A stretch of DNA of 64,000 nucleotides from the NCBI GenBank assembly GCA_903892515.1, contig CAITIS010000001.1:13552-77551 (forward strand). The letters run 5' to 3'. This document shows, one piece after another, positions 1 to 8,507 of this stretch. A program made the position numbers and the translations under genes. This DNA is from an uncultured Planctomycetota bacterium. Lineage in GTDB: Bacteria; Planctomycetota; Phycisphaerae; SM23-33. The notes beneath the pieces were generated by a model, which saw only the letters and a list, made by a program, of their open reading frames with translations, had not been told where the DNA came from and did no database searches. Numbering within the stretch: the first letter of the stretch is position 1; each line of letters opens with the position of its first letter.

Positions 1-71
1 AATCCCATTGACAACTCGTCAACTCGCGACGTATTATAAGTAACGATATAGTTGAACCATCGAGGTGACCA

Positions 72-422
72 ATGACGACCGCGCAGACTGCCTTGCCCAA
101 GACGCTGCTGAGCCTGGAGTTTCTCTGCCAGGCGGCCGAGTGCCTCAAGATCATGGCCCATCCGGTTCGGCTGAGGATCGTTGACATCCTCATGCGCGGC
201 CGCCTGCCCGTGAACGAAATCGCCGGGCTGTGCCGGATCCCCCCGCAGCAGGCGTGCGAGCACCTGCGGCTGATGCGCGGGCATTCGCTGCTGACCAGCC
301 GACGGCGCGGACGCGAGGTGTATTACGAAATCGCCTCGCCGCGATTGCCGAGCCTGATACGGTGCATCCAGGCCGGCTGCAAGGACAAGCCCGAAGAACC
401 TGTTGTGGAGAAGCGAGCATGA
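72..422 (+). CDS. ArsR/SmtB-family winged-helix transcriptional regulator, Cys-rich, possible persulfide/redox sensor
   Basis: 116-aa ORF with HTH signature HPVRLRIVDIL; Cys pairs CQAAEC (N-term), C..C (middle) and CIQAGC (C-term); stop overlaps the ATG of the downstream gene (ATGA at 419-422). Confidence 0.75.
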   Translation: MTTAQTALPKTLLSLEFLCQAAECLKIMAHPVRLRIVDILMRGRLPVNEIAGLCRIPPQQACEHLRLMRGHSLLTSRRRGREVYYEIASPRLPSLIRCIQAGCKDKPEEPVVEKRA

Positions 423-2905
423 CGACGTCCCCTTTGCGTCTGGTAATCATCGGCGGCGTGGCTGGTGGCGCCACCGCGGCCGCCAGGGCCCGCCGCCTGT
501 CCGAGTCGGCCCAGATCACGCTGATCGAGCGCGGGCCTGACATTTCCTTCGCCAACTGCGGCATGCCGTACTACCTGGGCGGCGTGATCGAGAATCGCAG
601 CGCCCTGCTGGTGCAGACCGTTGCGGGCATGAAGCGTCGCTACGGCGTGGACGTCCGCGTGGGAACGGAAGCCATGGAAATCGACCGGGCCAGTCGGCGC
701 GTTCGGCTGCGCGACCTGGCCAGCGGAAGCGAAAGTCAGCTGGAGTATGACTACCTGATCCTTTCGCCCGGCGCGCACCCCATTGTGCCTGACATGCCGG
801 GCGCTGACGACCCCAGCGTCTTCGCGCTGCGGTCGCTGGGGGACATGGACGCCATTGACCAGGCCGTGCGGTCAGGGGCCAAGGCGGCGGTGATCGTCGG
901 GGCCGGGTACATCGGGCTGGAGATGGCCGAGAACCTGCGGCATCGCGGCCTGGAGATCAAGCTGATCGAGCGAACCGACCACGTCATGTCGATAGCCGAT
1001 GTGGAAATGACCGCCCCGCTGCATGCCGAGTTGCGGCGCAACGGCATCGAGTTGCACCTGAACATGTCGGTCAAGGCCATCGAGCGTGAGAACGGGCGTT
1101 TGCAGGCTGTTCTGGCCGATGGCAGGAAGCTGGACGCCGACTTTGCGATTATGTCCGTGGGCGTGAAGCCCGAAAGCACGCTCGCCCGCAACTGCGGCCT
1201 GGAGTTGGCGGCATCGGGCGGCATCGTCGTCGATGAACACATGCGGACCACCGATGAACGCATCTACGCCGTGGGCGACGCCGTCGAGGTGCGGAACATC
1301 GTGGCCGATCGCGCCGCGCTGGTGCCGCTGGCCGGGCCGGCGAACCGGCAGGGACGCATTGCCGCCGACAACATCTTTGGCCGGCCCAGCGCCTACCACG
1401 GCTCGCAGGGCACGGCCATCTGCAAAGTCTTCGACCTGGCCATCGGCATGACCGGTTTGACCGAGCAGGCGGCCAACAAATTCGGCATCGCGTGCGAGAA
1501 GGTGTACATCCACCCGGCCAGCCATGCCGGGTACTTTCCCGGCGCGGCGCCGCTGACGCTCAAGCTGCTGTTTTCTCCGACGGATGGCAAGGTGCTGGGC
1601 GCCCAGGCCATCGGGACCGACGGCGTGGACAAGCGCATCGACGTGCTGGCGGTGGCGATTCGGGCGGGCATGAGCGTATACGACTTGCAGGATCTGGAAC
1701 TGTCGTACGCGCCGCCGTACGGCTCGGCCAAGGATCCGGTGAACTACGCCGGCTTCGTGGCCGCCAACGCCCTGGCGGGCGACGTGCGGCTGTTCCACGC
1801 CCGCGACGCCCTGGCCGTCGGGCCGGGCCAGGTGCTGCTGGATGTCCGCACGCCCGCCGAAGTCAGCGTCGGCATGATCCCCGGCGCGATGTGCATGCCG
1901 CTGGATGAACTGCGCAGCCGACTCGGCGAACTGCCGCGCGACAAAGAGTTCCTCGTGTATTGCCAAGTTGGCCTGCGCGGCTACCTGGCGTGCCGGACGC
2001 TCAGTCAGAACGGCCTGCGCTGCCGGAATCTCTCGGGCGGGTTCAAGACCTTCCAGAGCGTCGCGCAACTGGCCGGCCAGGCCCCTGCGTCCGTGCCGCC
2101 AAGGACACCCATGCAAGCACAACCATCTCAGCAGAGTCCCTCAGCGTGCGCGGGCAGGCCGTGCAGCCAGCCCAAGGTCGTCAAAGAAATCGACGCCACG
2201 TGCATGCAGTGCCCCGGGCCGATCATGCGGCTGGCGAGCGAACTGGCGACCCTGGCCAGCGGCGACTCGGCCCGCATCACCACCAACGACCCGGGCTTTG
2301 CCGCCGACGTGAAAGGCTGGTGCGACAGCACGGGCGATACGCTGGCCCAGCTTGGCCAGACGGGCAAGGCGCACTGGGCCATCGTGACCAAGGGCGCGAC
2401 CGCCGCGGCAACTGCGTCCGCTCCGGCCAACGCCACCAAGCGTAAGACAATCCTCGTTTTCAGCAGCGACTTTGAGCGGGTGTTCGCTGCCTTCATCCTG
2501 GCCAATGGCGCCGCCGCCATGGGCAGCGAAGTCACGCTGTTCTTCACCTTCTGGGGGCTCAACGCCCTGCGGCGGAGCGAAAACGTTCGCGTCCCCAAGA
2601 CCTTCATCGAGCGGATGTTCGGCTGGATGATGCCGCGCGGCGCCGGCCGGCTGAGCCTGTCCAAGATGCACATGGGCGGCGTGGGCAAAAAGCTGATGCT
2701 GGGCATCATGAAGGACAAGGGCGTGTCCAGCCTGGAGGAGTTGATCGCCTCGGCCAAGCAGGCCGGCGTGAAGCTCGTGGCGTGCAGCATGAGCATGGAC
2801 GTGATGGGCATCCACCCCGAGGAACTCATCGACGGCGTCGAGCAAGGCGGCGTCAGCAGTTTCCTGGCCACAGCCGAACAAGGCTCCATGACATTGTGCA
2901 TGTGA
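419..2905 (+). CDS. Multidomain sulfur-relay oxidoreductase: CoA-disulfide reductase/NADH oxidase + rhodanese + TusA-like + DsrE/DsrF-like
   Basis: N-term FAD Rossmann motif IIGGVAGGATAAARAR and ANCGMPYY (pyridine nucleotide-disulfide oxidoreductase); rhodanese-type region with CQVGLRGY; TusA motif CMQCPGP; C-terminal DsrE-like domain; the ORF track's upstream extension from 230 was rejected in favour of the ATG at 419. Confidence 0.75.
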   Translation: MTTSPLRLVIIGGVAGGATAAARARRLSESAQITLIERGPDISFANCGMPYYLGGVIENRSALLVQTVAGMKRRYGVDVRVGTEAMEIDRASRRVRLRDLASGSESQLEYDYLILSPGAHPIVPDMPGADDPSVFALRSLGDMDAIDQAVRSGAKAAVIVGAGYIGLEMAENLRHRGLEIKLIERTDHVMSIADVEMTAPLHAELRRNGIELHLNMSVKAIERENGRLQAVLADGRKLDADFAIMSVGVKPESTLARNCGLELAASGGIVVDEHMRTTDERIYAVGDAVEVRNIVADRAALVPLAGPANRQGRIAADNIFGRPSAYHGSQGTAICKVFDLAIGMTGLTEQAANKFGIACEKVYIHPASHAGYFPGAAPLTLKLLFSPTDGKVLGAQAIGTDGVDKRIDVLAVAIRAGMSVYDLQDLELSYAPPYGSAKDPVNYAGFVAANALAGDVRLFHARDALAVGPGQVLLDVRTPAEVSVGMIPGAMCMPLDELRSRLGELPRDKEFLVYCQVGLRGYLACRTLSQNGLRCRNLSGGFKTFQSVAQLAGQAPASVPPRTPMQAQPSQQSPSACAGRPCSQPKVVKEIDATCMQCPGPIMRLASELATLASGDSARITTNDPGFAADVKGWCDSTGDTLAQLGQTGKAHWAIVTKGATAAATASAPANATKRKTILVFSSDFERVFAAFILANGAAAMGSEVTLFFTFWGLNALRRSENVRVPKTFIERMFGWMMPRGAGRLSLSKMHMGGVGKKLMLGIMKDKGVSSLEELIASAKQAGVKLVACSMSMDVMGIHPEELIDGVEQGGVSSFLATAEQGSMTLCM

Positions 2906-2970
2906 CCGGCGGATCCGCAGATGTCGCAGAGACGGCCGAACAAGGCACCATGACATTGCGTGTGTGACCG
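2873..2970 (+). repeat. Tandem 36-bp direct duplication of the CDS 3' end (GCCGAACAAGGCWCCATGACATTG...TGTGACCG) separated by 26 bp
   Basis: Copy 1 at 2873-2908 contains the stop codon; copy 2 at 2935-2970 lies just downstream and carries 4 substitutions. Confidence 0.6.
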
Positions 2971-3133
2971 CAGCATCACCAAGTGGCGTGCCTCATGAAT
3001 CGAGCGATAACCTTGACGGCGAGCATGCGTTGGGGCATCTTGGCTCAACAGGTACGCTGTTAGCTGAATCGCTGAGGACAAGACACGGCTCGACCTGGCC
3101 AATGGCCGAGCTATTCCACCGACGGGATGAGAG

Positions 3134-5260
3134 ATGACCGCCCAGAACGCTGCAAGCTTTGAATCCTGCTACGCCAACTGGAGTGACAACCATATTACCG
3201 TAGGCAACGGCTTGATCGAACGCCGCTGGCGGATCGGCAACGGGCTGCTATTTGCCGAGTCGCTGCGGGATGTTGCCACGGGCCAGGAGTGGATCGCCCG
3301 CCCGGCGCGCCAACCGGCGCCGACACCGCCAGGGGCCTTACCTGAGGAACCGCGGGCGGTCTCCATTTCCTGGGAAGGCAATCAGGCCGGCCCGCTGCAA
3401 GTGGCATCATTGCAGGTGACGCTGCGTGCGACGGGTGAGTCCGCTTCGCTGCTGTATCATTTTCAGGTGTTTCCGCACTCCAGCGCGGTGACGATCAAGA
3501 TGGAAGTCCTCGGGCTCGTTGGCGACGCTCTGGGCGACGCTGGCGGCAGCGCGGCCGCCTCCAGTGGCATCGAGCTGGCCGACCTGCAGCGCAAGAGCAA
3601 GTCCAGCCTGCCGCCGGGCGACCTGCTGGAGACCCTGGACATCTCCCTGCCCCACCTTCGCCTCACGCAGGTGGAATTCCGCGACCAGAGCGACGACCAC
3701 AACGAGCTGGTGCTCACGCAGCAGTGGCTGTTGCACCCCAACGAACTGAACCTGCCCCTGCAGGGCAACCTGTTTGTGCTCGAGGATACGCTCAGCCACA
3801 CCGGCCTGATCTTTCTCAAGCACGCCCCGCTGCCGCACGCACGCCCCTGCCCATGCCGCACGGACTTTCTCGTCAATGGCCGAGCCGCCATGTTTCTCTC
3901 GCCCAAGCAGCCGCCATATGGCCCGACCCACCCGGATTTTCCGCTGGCGTATCAATTCGCTCTGTACGGCCACGGCCTGGCTGGCGCTGCGGGCGAGGGC
4001 TATGCCTGGACGATCGTCAGCTACTCAGGCGGCAGCGCGGGCATGACCGGGGCACTGCAAACGTATCAGCGCCAGTTCCGGCCCTACCGGAGTGGCCGCG
4101 ACGGCATCTTCCTGTCCAACACCTGGGGCGATCGCAGCCAGGACTCGCGAATCAACGAGACCTTCATGCTCGCGGAGGTCCAGGCCGCCGCCAAGTTGGG
4201 CGTGGACGTGGTGCAGATTGACGACGGCTGGCAGAAAGGCCGAACCGCCAATTCCGTCCACGGCGGCGTGTGGATCGGATACTGGGCGAACGATGCGGAG
4301 TTTTGGAAGGTCGATCCGGTCCGGCTGCCCCATGGCCTGGAGCCGCTGGTGTCGGAGGCAAGAAAGCTCGGTATGCAGTTCGGCCTGTGGTTTGGCCCGG
4401 ACTCAGCCGATGACTTCGCCAACTGGCAGCGCGACGCGGCGGTTCTGCTCGACTACCACCGCCGGCTGGGCATCAACTATTTCAAGATCGACGGTGTGAA
4501 GGCCCGAACCAGGCTGGGCGAACAGAACCTGCACCGGTTCTTCGACAAGGTGCTGCGCGACTCCGCCGGGGCCGTCACGTTTGATTTCGACATCACGGCC
4601 GAGACCCGCCCGAGCTACTTCAGCCTGATGGAAACCGGGCCGCTGTTCGTGGAGAATCGGTACACCGACTTCCGCCGCTACTGGCCGCATCACACGCTCC
4701 GCACGCTGTGGCGGCTTGCGCAGTACATCGACCCGCTCCGACTCCGCATGGAGTTTCTCAACACCGCCCGCCATCAGAACCTGTACAGCGGCGACCCGCT
4801 GGCCCCGGAGGCATACCGGCCGGAGTACCTGTTTGCATCGCTGATGTTCTGCAGCCCGCTGGGGTGGTTTGAGGCCTCCAATCTGCCGGCGGCGTACTCT
4901 GAGCAGGTCGGCCCGCTGGCGAGCATCTGGAAAACACACCGCGACGGAATCTTCGGCGGCTCGATCCTGCCCCTCGGAGATGAGCCTTCGGGCACGGGCT
5001 GGACGGGCTTTGCTTCCATCTCGCCGGATCGCCGAGGCGGCCACCTGCTGCTGCTGCGGGAATGCAACGACTCGCCGCGGCACGTGTACGAGTTGGGCGA
5101 ACTGGCCGGATCGGATTGTGGGAACCTGCCGTGTGAAGTGCTGGCCGGCCACGGCTCGGCCAGTTTCCGCAACGGCCAAGTCGAAGCCACTATTCCGAAC
5201 AGCCTCGATTATCTGCTGATCCGGTTCGGCGGGGATGATGGCGCCGACCGAGCCGGGTGA
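3134..5260 (+). CDS. Alpha-galactosidase-like glycoside hydrolase (GH36/GH27 clan GH-D)
   Basis: Motif VDVVQIDDGWQ (DDGW) and nucleophile-type motif YFKIDGV; 708 aa; no obvious signal peptide. Confidence 0.55.
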   Translation: MTAQNAASFESCYANWSDNHITVGNGLIERRWRIGNGLLFAESLRDVATGQEWIARPARQPAPTPPGALPEEPRAVSISWEGNQAGPLQVASLQVTLRATGESASLLYHFQVFPHSSAVTIKMEVLGLVGDALGDAGGSAAASSGIELADLQRKSKSSLPPGDLLETLDISLPHLRLTQVEFRDQSDDHNELVLTQQWLLHPNELNLPLQGNLFVLEDTLSHTGLIFLKHAPLPHARPCPCRTDFLVNGRAAMFLSPKQPPYGPTHPDFPLAYQFALYGHGLAGAAGEGYAWTIVSYSGGSAGMTGALQTYQRQFRPYRSGRDGIFLSNTWGDRSQDSRINETFMLAEVQAAAKLGVDVVQIDDGWQKGRTANSVHGGVWIGYWANDAEFWKVDPVRLPHGLEPLVSEARKLGMQFGLWFGPDSADDFANWQRDAAVLLDYHRRLGINYFKIDGVKARTRLGEQNLHRFFDKVLRDSAGAVTFDFDITAETRPSYFSLMETGPLFVENRYTDFRRYWPHHTLRTLWRLAQYIDPLRLRMEFLNTARHQNLYSGDPLAPEAYRPEYLFASLMFCSPLGWFEASNLPAAYSEQVGPLASIWKTHRDGIFGGSILPLGDEPSGTGWTGFASISPDRRGGHLLLLRECNDSPRHVYELGELAGSDCGNLPCEVLAGHGSASFRNGQVEATIPNSLDYLLIRFGGDDGADRAG

Positions 5261-5296
5261 TGAAACCGCTTCCCGCCGCCGACAATGAATACAGCT

Positions 5297-5404
5297 GGCT
5301 TCATAACCGTAGCACGGGCGTCCCGCCCGTGACTGAGCACCGTAAAGACGGCCGAAAAGCTCATGGGCGAGACGCCCATGCTACGTTGTGAAACCAGTTC
5401 TAGG
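5297..5404. mobile_element. MITE-like element copy A (terminal inverted repeats related to GGTTTCATAACC / GGTTATGAAACC, internal GC hairpins)
   Basis: About 75% identical to the element at 55063-55190; contains hairpins CACGGGCGTCCCGCCCGTG and CATGGGCGAGACGCCCATG; lies in a convergent intergenic region. Confidence 0.5.
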
Positions 5405-5565
5405 CTCTGCGTCTTGTTCGTCTGGGCGAACATCATTTGCATTGTTTTGATGGCCGCAACTGTGCTGATGCCCCACTGGTCCGGGCAGGTCGAAATGCAC
5501 AAGCTTTGGCTTGGGCCCAGGCCGCTGGGGCCGGCAGTCGGGCGGAGTTGTCTGCCGCTTACCCG

Positions 5566-6786
5566 TCATAGTTCGCTACCTCGATTCTCTCTGGCGTAGC
5601 TTCGCCACGCCGGCTGGTTCATCCGCAGGCTCGTCCCGCGATCGTCGGCCGGGGCGGTGGCATCGCCCAGTTCCACCTTCAGTGACAGCAGCTTGAGCAG
5701 ATCCTTGAGCGTGATGATGCCCGCCAGCTGGTCGCCCTCGACGACCAGCAACCGGCTTATGCCCGAGCGGCTCATGCGTTCCATCGCCTCCATCGCATCG
5801 GCCTGGGCACTGATGGTATTCTCGGCTCGGGCCGGTTCCAGGATGTCCCCCACCGTGTACGTGTTCCACTGCGCTGGAAGCAGATCCTTGACCTGTTCGG
5901 CCCCCACGTAACCCAGCAGCTTGCCATCCTCGACGACCGGATACATCCTGAAATGGTGGCGATACAGGTACTCTTCCACCAGCCGCCGCACGTTCAGCAC
6001 GGGCGGGACGGTGAGGGGCTCAGAACTCATGAAGTGGGCCACGCTCTCGCCGGACAAGGCCTGACGCAGCACGATCTGCTGGTAGCTCTGCTTGGCGGCC
6101 ATCCGTAGAAACATTCCGATCAGGAAGTACCAGATGCCGCCAATCGCATCGCTGCTGATGAAACGAAACGCCCCCAGCAGCATCAGCAGCAGGCCGAAGC
6201 CCCCGCCGATCTGCGCGGCCACGCGCGTGGCCCAGCGGAGGTTGTCGCGCCAGTACCACAAGGCCGATCGCAGCACGCGCCCGCCGTCGAGCGGGAAGCC
6301 CGGAATCAGGTTAAAAGCGGCCAGGATCACGTTGATGAGCGCCAGCCACAGGCAGACGGTCGAAGCCGCGGTGGAAGCGCCGGCCACGTGGCAAATGGCC
6401 CACAATCCATAGAAAAGCCCGCCCAGAATGACGCTGCTGATGGGCCCGGCGATGGCCATCCAGAACTCAGCCTTGGCGCTAGGCGGCTCGCCGTCCATCT
6501 CCGAAACGCCACCGAAGATGAAGAGCGTAATGCCCTTCATCGTCATGCCGTGGCGGCGGGCGATGAGCGAGTGGCTCAGTTCGTGCAGCACGACCGAGAG
6601 GAAAAGCCCACAGGCCCCGATGACACCCATGGCCCAGTACACCGTCGAGGCGTGACCAGGAGCCCAGGCGGGAAAGACCGCCACCGCCAGCGACCAGGTA
6701 ATCAGCATCGCCAAGATCAACCAACTCATGTCAACCCGGATGGAAAAGCCAAAGAGCGTAAAAAGCGTGACTCGCTTGCCAAACAT
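5566..6786 (-). CDS. Site-2 protease family (peptidase M50) zinc metalloprotease with tandem CBS domains
   Basis: HELSH zinc-binding motif within a multi-TM region; C-terminal CBS pair. Confidence 0.75.
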   Translation of the reverse strand: MFGKRVTLFTLFGFSIRVDMSWLILAMLITWSLAVAVFPAWAPGHASTVYWAMGVIGACGLFLSVVLHELSHSLIARRHGMTMKGITLFIFGGVSEMDGEPPSAKAEFWMAIAGPISSVILGGLFYGLWAICHVAGASTAASTVCLWLALINVILAAFNLIPGFPLDGGRVLRSALWYWRDNLRWATRVAAQIGGGFGLLLMLLGAFRFISSDAIGGIWYFLIGMFLRMAAKQSYQQIVLRQALSGESVAHFMSSEPLTVPPVLNVRRLVEEYLYRHHFRMYPVVEDGKLLGYVGAEQVKDLLPAQWNTYTVGDILEPARAENTISAQADAMEAMERMSRSGISRLLVVEGDQLAGIITLKDLLKLLSLKVELGDATAPADDRGTSLRMNQPAWRSYARENRGSEL

Positions 6787-6835
6787 TTGCTGACTCCTCG
6801 TTTGACTGCACCATCATAGCGCGGGGAGAACGAGG

Positions 6836-6966
6836 TCATAGGTCGTAGGTCGTAGGGCGCAGGGTAATACACGTCAGCCAACAGCGCGGACCGCGCCCAT
6901 GCACCGCTTGCCGTCAGCGGCCCATGACCTACGACCTACGACCTATGACCTATGACCTATGACCTC
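6836..6966. repeat. Inverted pair of heptamer tandem arrays (GGTCGTA/GGGCGTA ... TACGACC/TATGACC) forming a long hairpin with ~55-nt loop
   Basis: Left arm 6836-6866 is the reverse complement of right arm 6925-6966; lies between the M50 protease start and the PRC-barrel gene. Confidence 0.7.
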
Positions 6967-7045
6967 GCTTTTCCGCATCGCCTATAATTCATCAAGGAAT
7001 GGGCCTGGGGCCCGGCCTCCGGGAGCCTCAGGCCGGAGGTGCAAC

Positions 7046-7858
7046 ATGCTGTTGAGTGCAAGAAAGTTGGAACACTTCACGCTCCGCGCGTTTGACGGCG
7101 AGATCGGCAAGGTGCATGACTTCCTGTTCGAGGACAATCAATGGTTGCTGCGCTACATGGTGGCCGACACGCGACGCTGGCTGCCCGGCCGGCAGGTGCT
7201 GATTGCCCCGGCCTCGCTGGGTGAGCCCGAACTGACGAATCGCGACTTGCCCGTGTCGCTCAGTATCGACCAACTCCGCAACAGCCCCGGAATCGAGACG
7301 GACCGGCCCGTGTCGCGGCAATTGGAAGGCGACTTGAGCACCTACTATGGCTGGCCCATGTACTGGTATGGCCCCTCAGCCATCGGCGCTGGCGCCATGC
7401 CCGAGCCCATGTCCGGCCTGCCGATTCCGGGCGCGATGGGCCATGCGACCGACCCGTATCGAATGGAACCCGCTTCGGCGTCGGCCTCGGCCACAGCCAC
7501 CATAGAGCCCGAAACGGGCGACCCGCATCTGCGCAGCATGCGTGAGCTGGTTGGCTACCGAATCGCTGCCACGGATGGCGACATTGGGCACCTTGACGAT
7601 TTCCTGCTGGAGACGAAGAGTTGGGCGGTGCGCTACCTAGTCGTGGACATCCGAAACTGGCTGCCCGGCCGAAAAGTTCTGGTGGCCCCGCCGTGGATCA
7701 GCCGGTTCGTCTGGGAAAAAGCCAAGGTGCATGTGGACCTGCCGCGTGAACTCATCCGCACGGCCCCGGAGTTTGACCCCAATGCGCCCGTCGCGCGAGA
7801 GTACGAAGATGCCCTGCATCGGCACTACGACCGCGACCGGTACTGGGACGATTTCTAG
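7046..7858 (+). CDS. Tandem PRC-barrel domain protein
   Basis: Two repeats of a PRC-barrel-like segment (FDGEIGKVHDFLFEDNQW...RYMVADTRRWLPGRQVLIAP and ATDGDIGHLDDFLLETKSW...RYLVVDIRNWLPGRKVLVAP); the ORF-track start at 6959 lies inside the repeat array, so the ATG at 7046 is preferred. Confidence 0.5.
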   Translation: MLLSARKLEHFTLRAFDGEIGKVHDFLFEDNQWLLRYMVADTRRWLPGRQVLIAPASLGEPELTNRDLPVSLSIDQLRNSPGIETDRPVSRQLEGDLSTYYGWPMYWYGPSAIGAGAMPEPMSGLPIPGAMGHATDPYRMEPASASASATATIEPETGDPHLRSMRELVGYRIAATDGDIGHLDDFLLETKSWAVRYLVVDIRNWLPGRKVLVAPPWISRFVWEKAKVHVDLPRELIRTAPEFDPNAPVAREYEDALHRHYDRDRYWDDF

Positions 7859-7865
7859 GAGGTTT

Positions 7866-7900
7866 GCCCCGTGGCACAGCCGCCCCGGGCTGTGCTCTTT
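7866..7900 (+). terminator. REP-like terminator hairpin (CCCGTGGCACAGCCGCCCnnGGCTGTG + T-tract), copy 1
   Basis: 8 nt after the PRC-barrel stop; stem CACAGCC/GGCTGTG followed by CTCTTTGG. Confidence 0.55.
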
Positions 7901-8046
7901 GGTCGCGATGGGTGGCATGGTCACGCTGTTCGCGTGACCATGTAAGGATCTTCCACGCGGAGGATTTTCCACTCAGTGATGTTCTGGATATGAAGCAACC
8001 TCAAGCAGCACTCGGTGGGTGGGATGTGCGCTCTCGCCAACGGGAA

Positions 8047-8244
8047 TCAGCCCATCACGACGTGCTGCTCGACATTATGCGGCTCAGCCACGTTCAAGCT
8101 GGCCAGGTAGCCGCGAATGGCGTGGTCGAGATGAACGCGTGCCTCATCCTGGGACCGCGCCCGAACCATGCAGCCAGGGAGCGACGGGCACCACGCCCGG
8201 AATCGGTCCGATGACTCCTGCACAATCTTAACCATCAGTCTCAT
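8047..8244 (-). CDS. HicB-like (UPF0150) antitoxin-family protein, orphan
   Basis: 65 aa; WCPSLPGCMVRARSQDEARVHLDHAIRGYL matches the HicB/UPF0150 core (DLPGC...EA...AI..YL); no HicA-like ORF in any frame within 200 bp on either side. Confidence 0.45.
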   Translation of the reverse strand: MRLMVKIVQESSDRFRAWCPSLPGCMVRARSQDEARVHLDHAIRGYLASLNVAEPHNVEQHVVMG

Positions 8245-8472
8245 GTGCTCCCTGCCTTTCAACGCGGCGAAAGACCCACAACGAGCCTCTCGTTTGACCC
8301 TCCTATTAGAGGCGAGAAGTGTGAACTCTGCAATCCGTGTAGCACACTGCTTCTTGTCTAGGGGAAACGCCCAGACCAGATAGGAGAAGGCTGAGCCCGA
8401 AGGCCAGAGGCATGACGAACTTGAGGATTCTCGGTTTGCCGTCCAGACTGAACTTCGGGACCGGGCATCGCC

Positions 8473-8506
8473 CCTACGCCCTACGCCCTATGCCCTACGC
8501 CCTACC
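8473..8506. repeat. Heptamer tandem array (TACGCCC)x5
   Basis: CCTACGCCCTACGCCCTATGCCCTACGCCCTACC immediately downstream of the GT2 stop. Confidence 0.7.
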
Positions 8507-8507
8507 T

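Noticed and set aside
230-418. N-terminal extension of the CoADR-type gene (ORF track start at 230)
   Set aside because: The extension overlaps the ArsR gene in another frame and is Pro/Ala/Arg-rich. The FAD-binding Rossmann motif begins right after the ATG at 419, which overlaps the ArsR stop (ATGA coupling).
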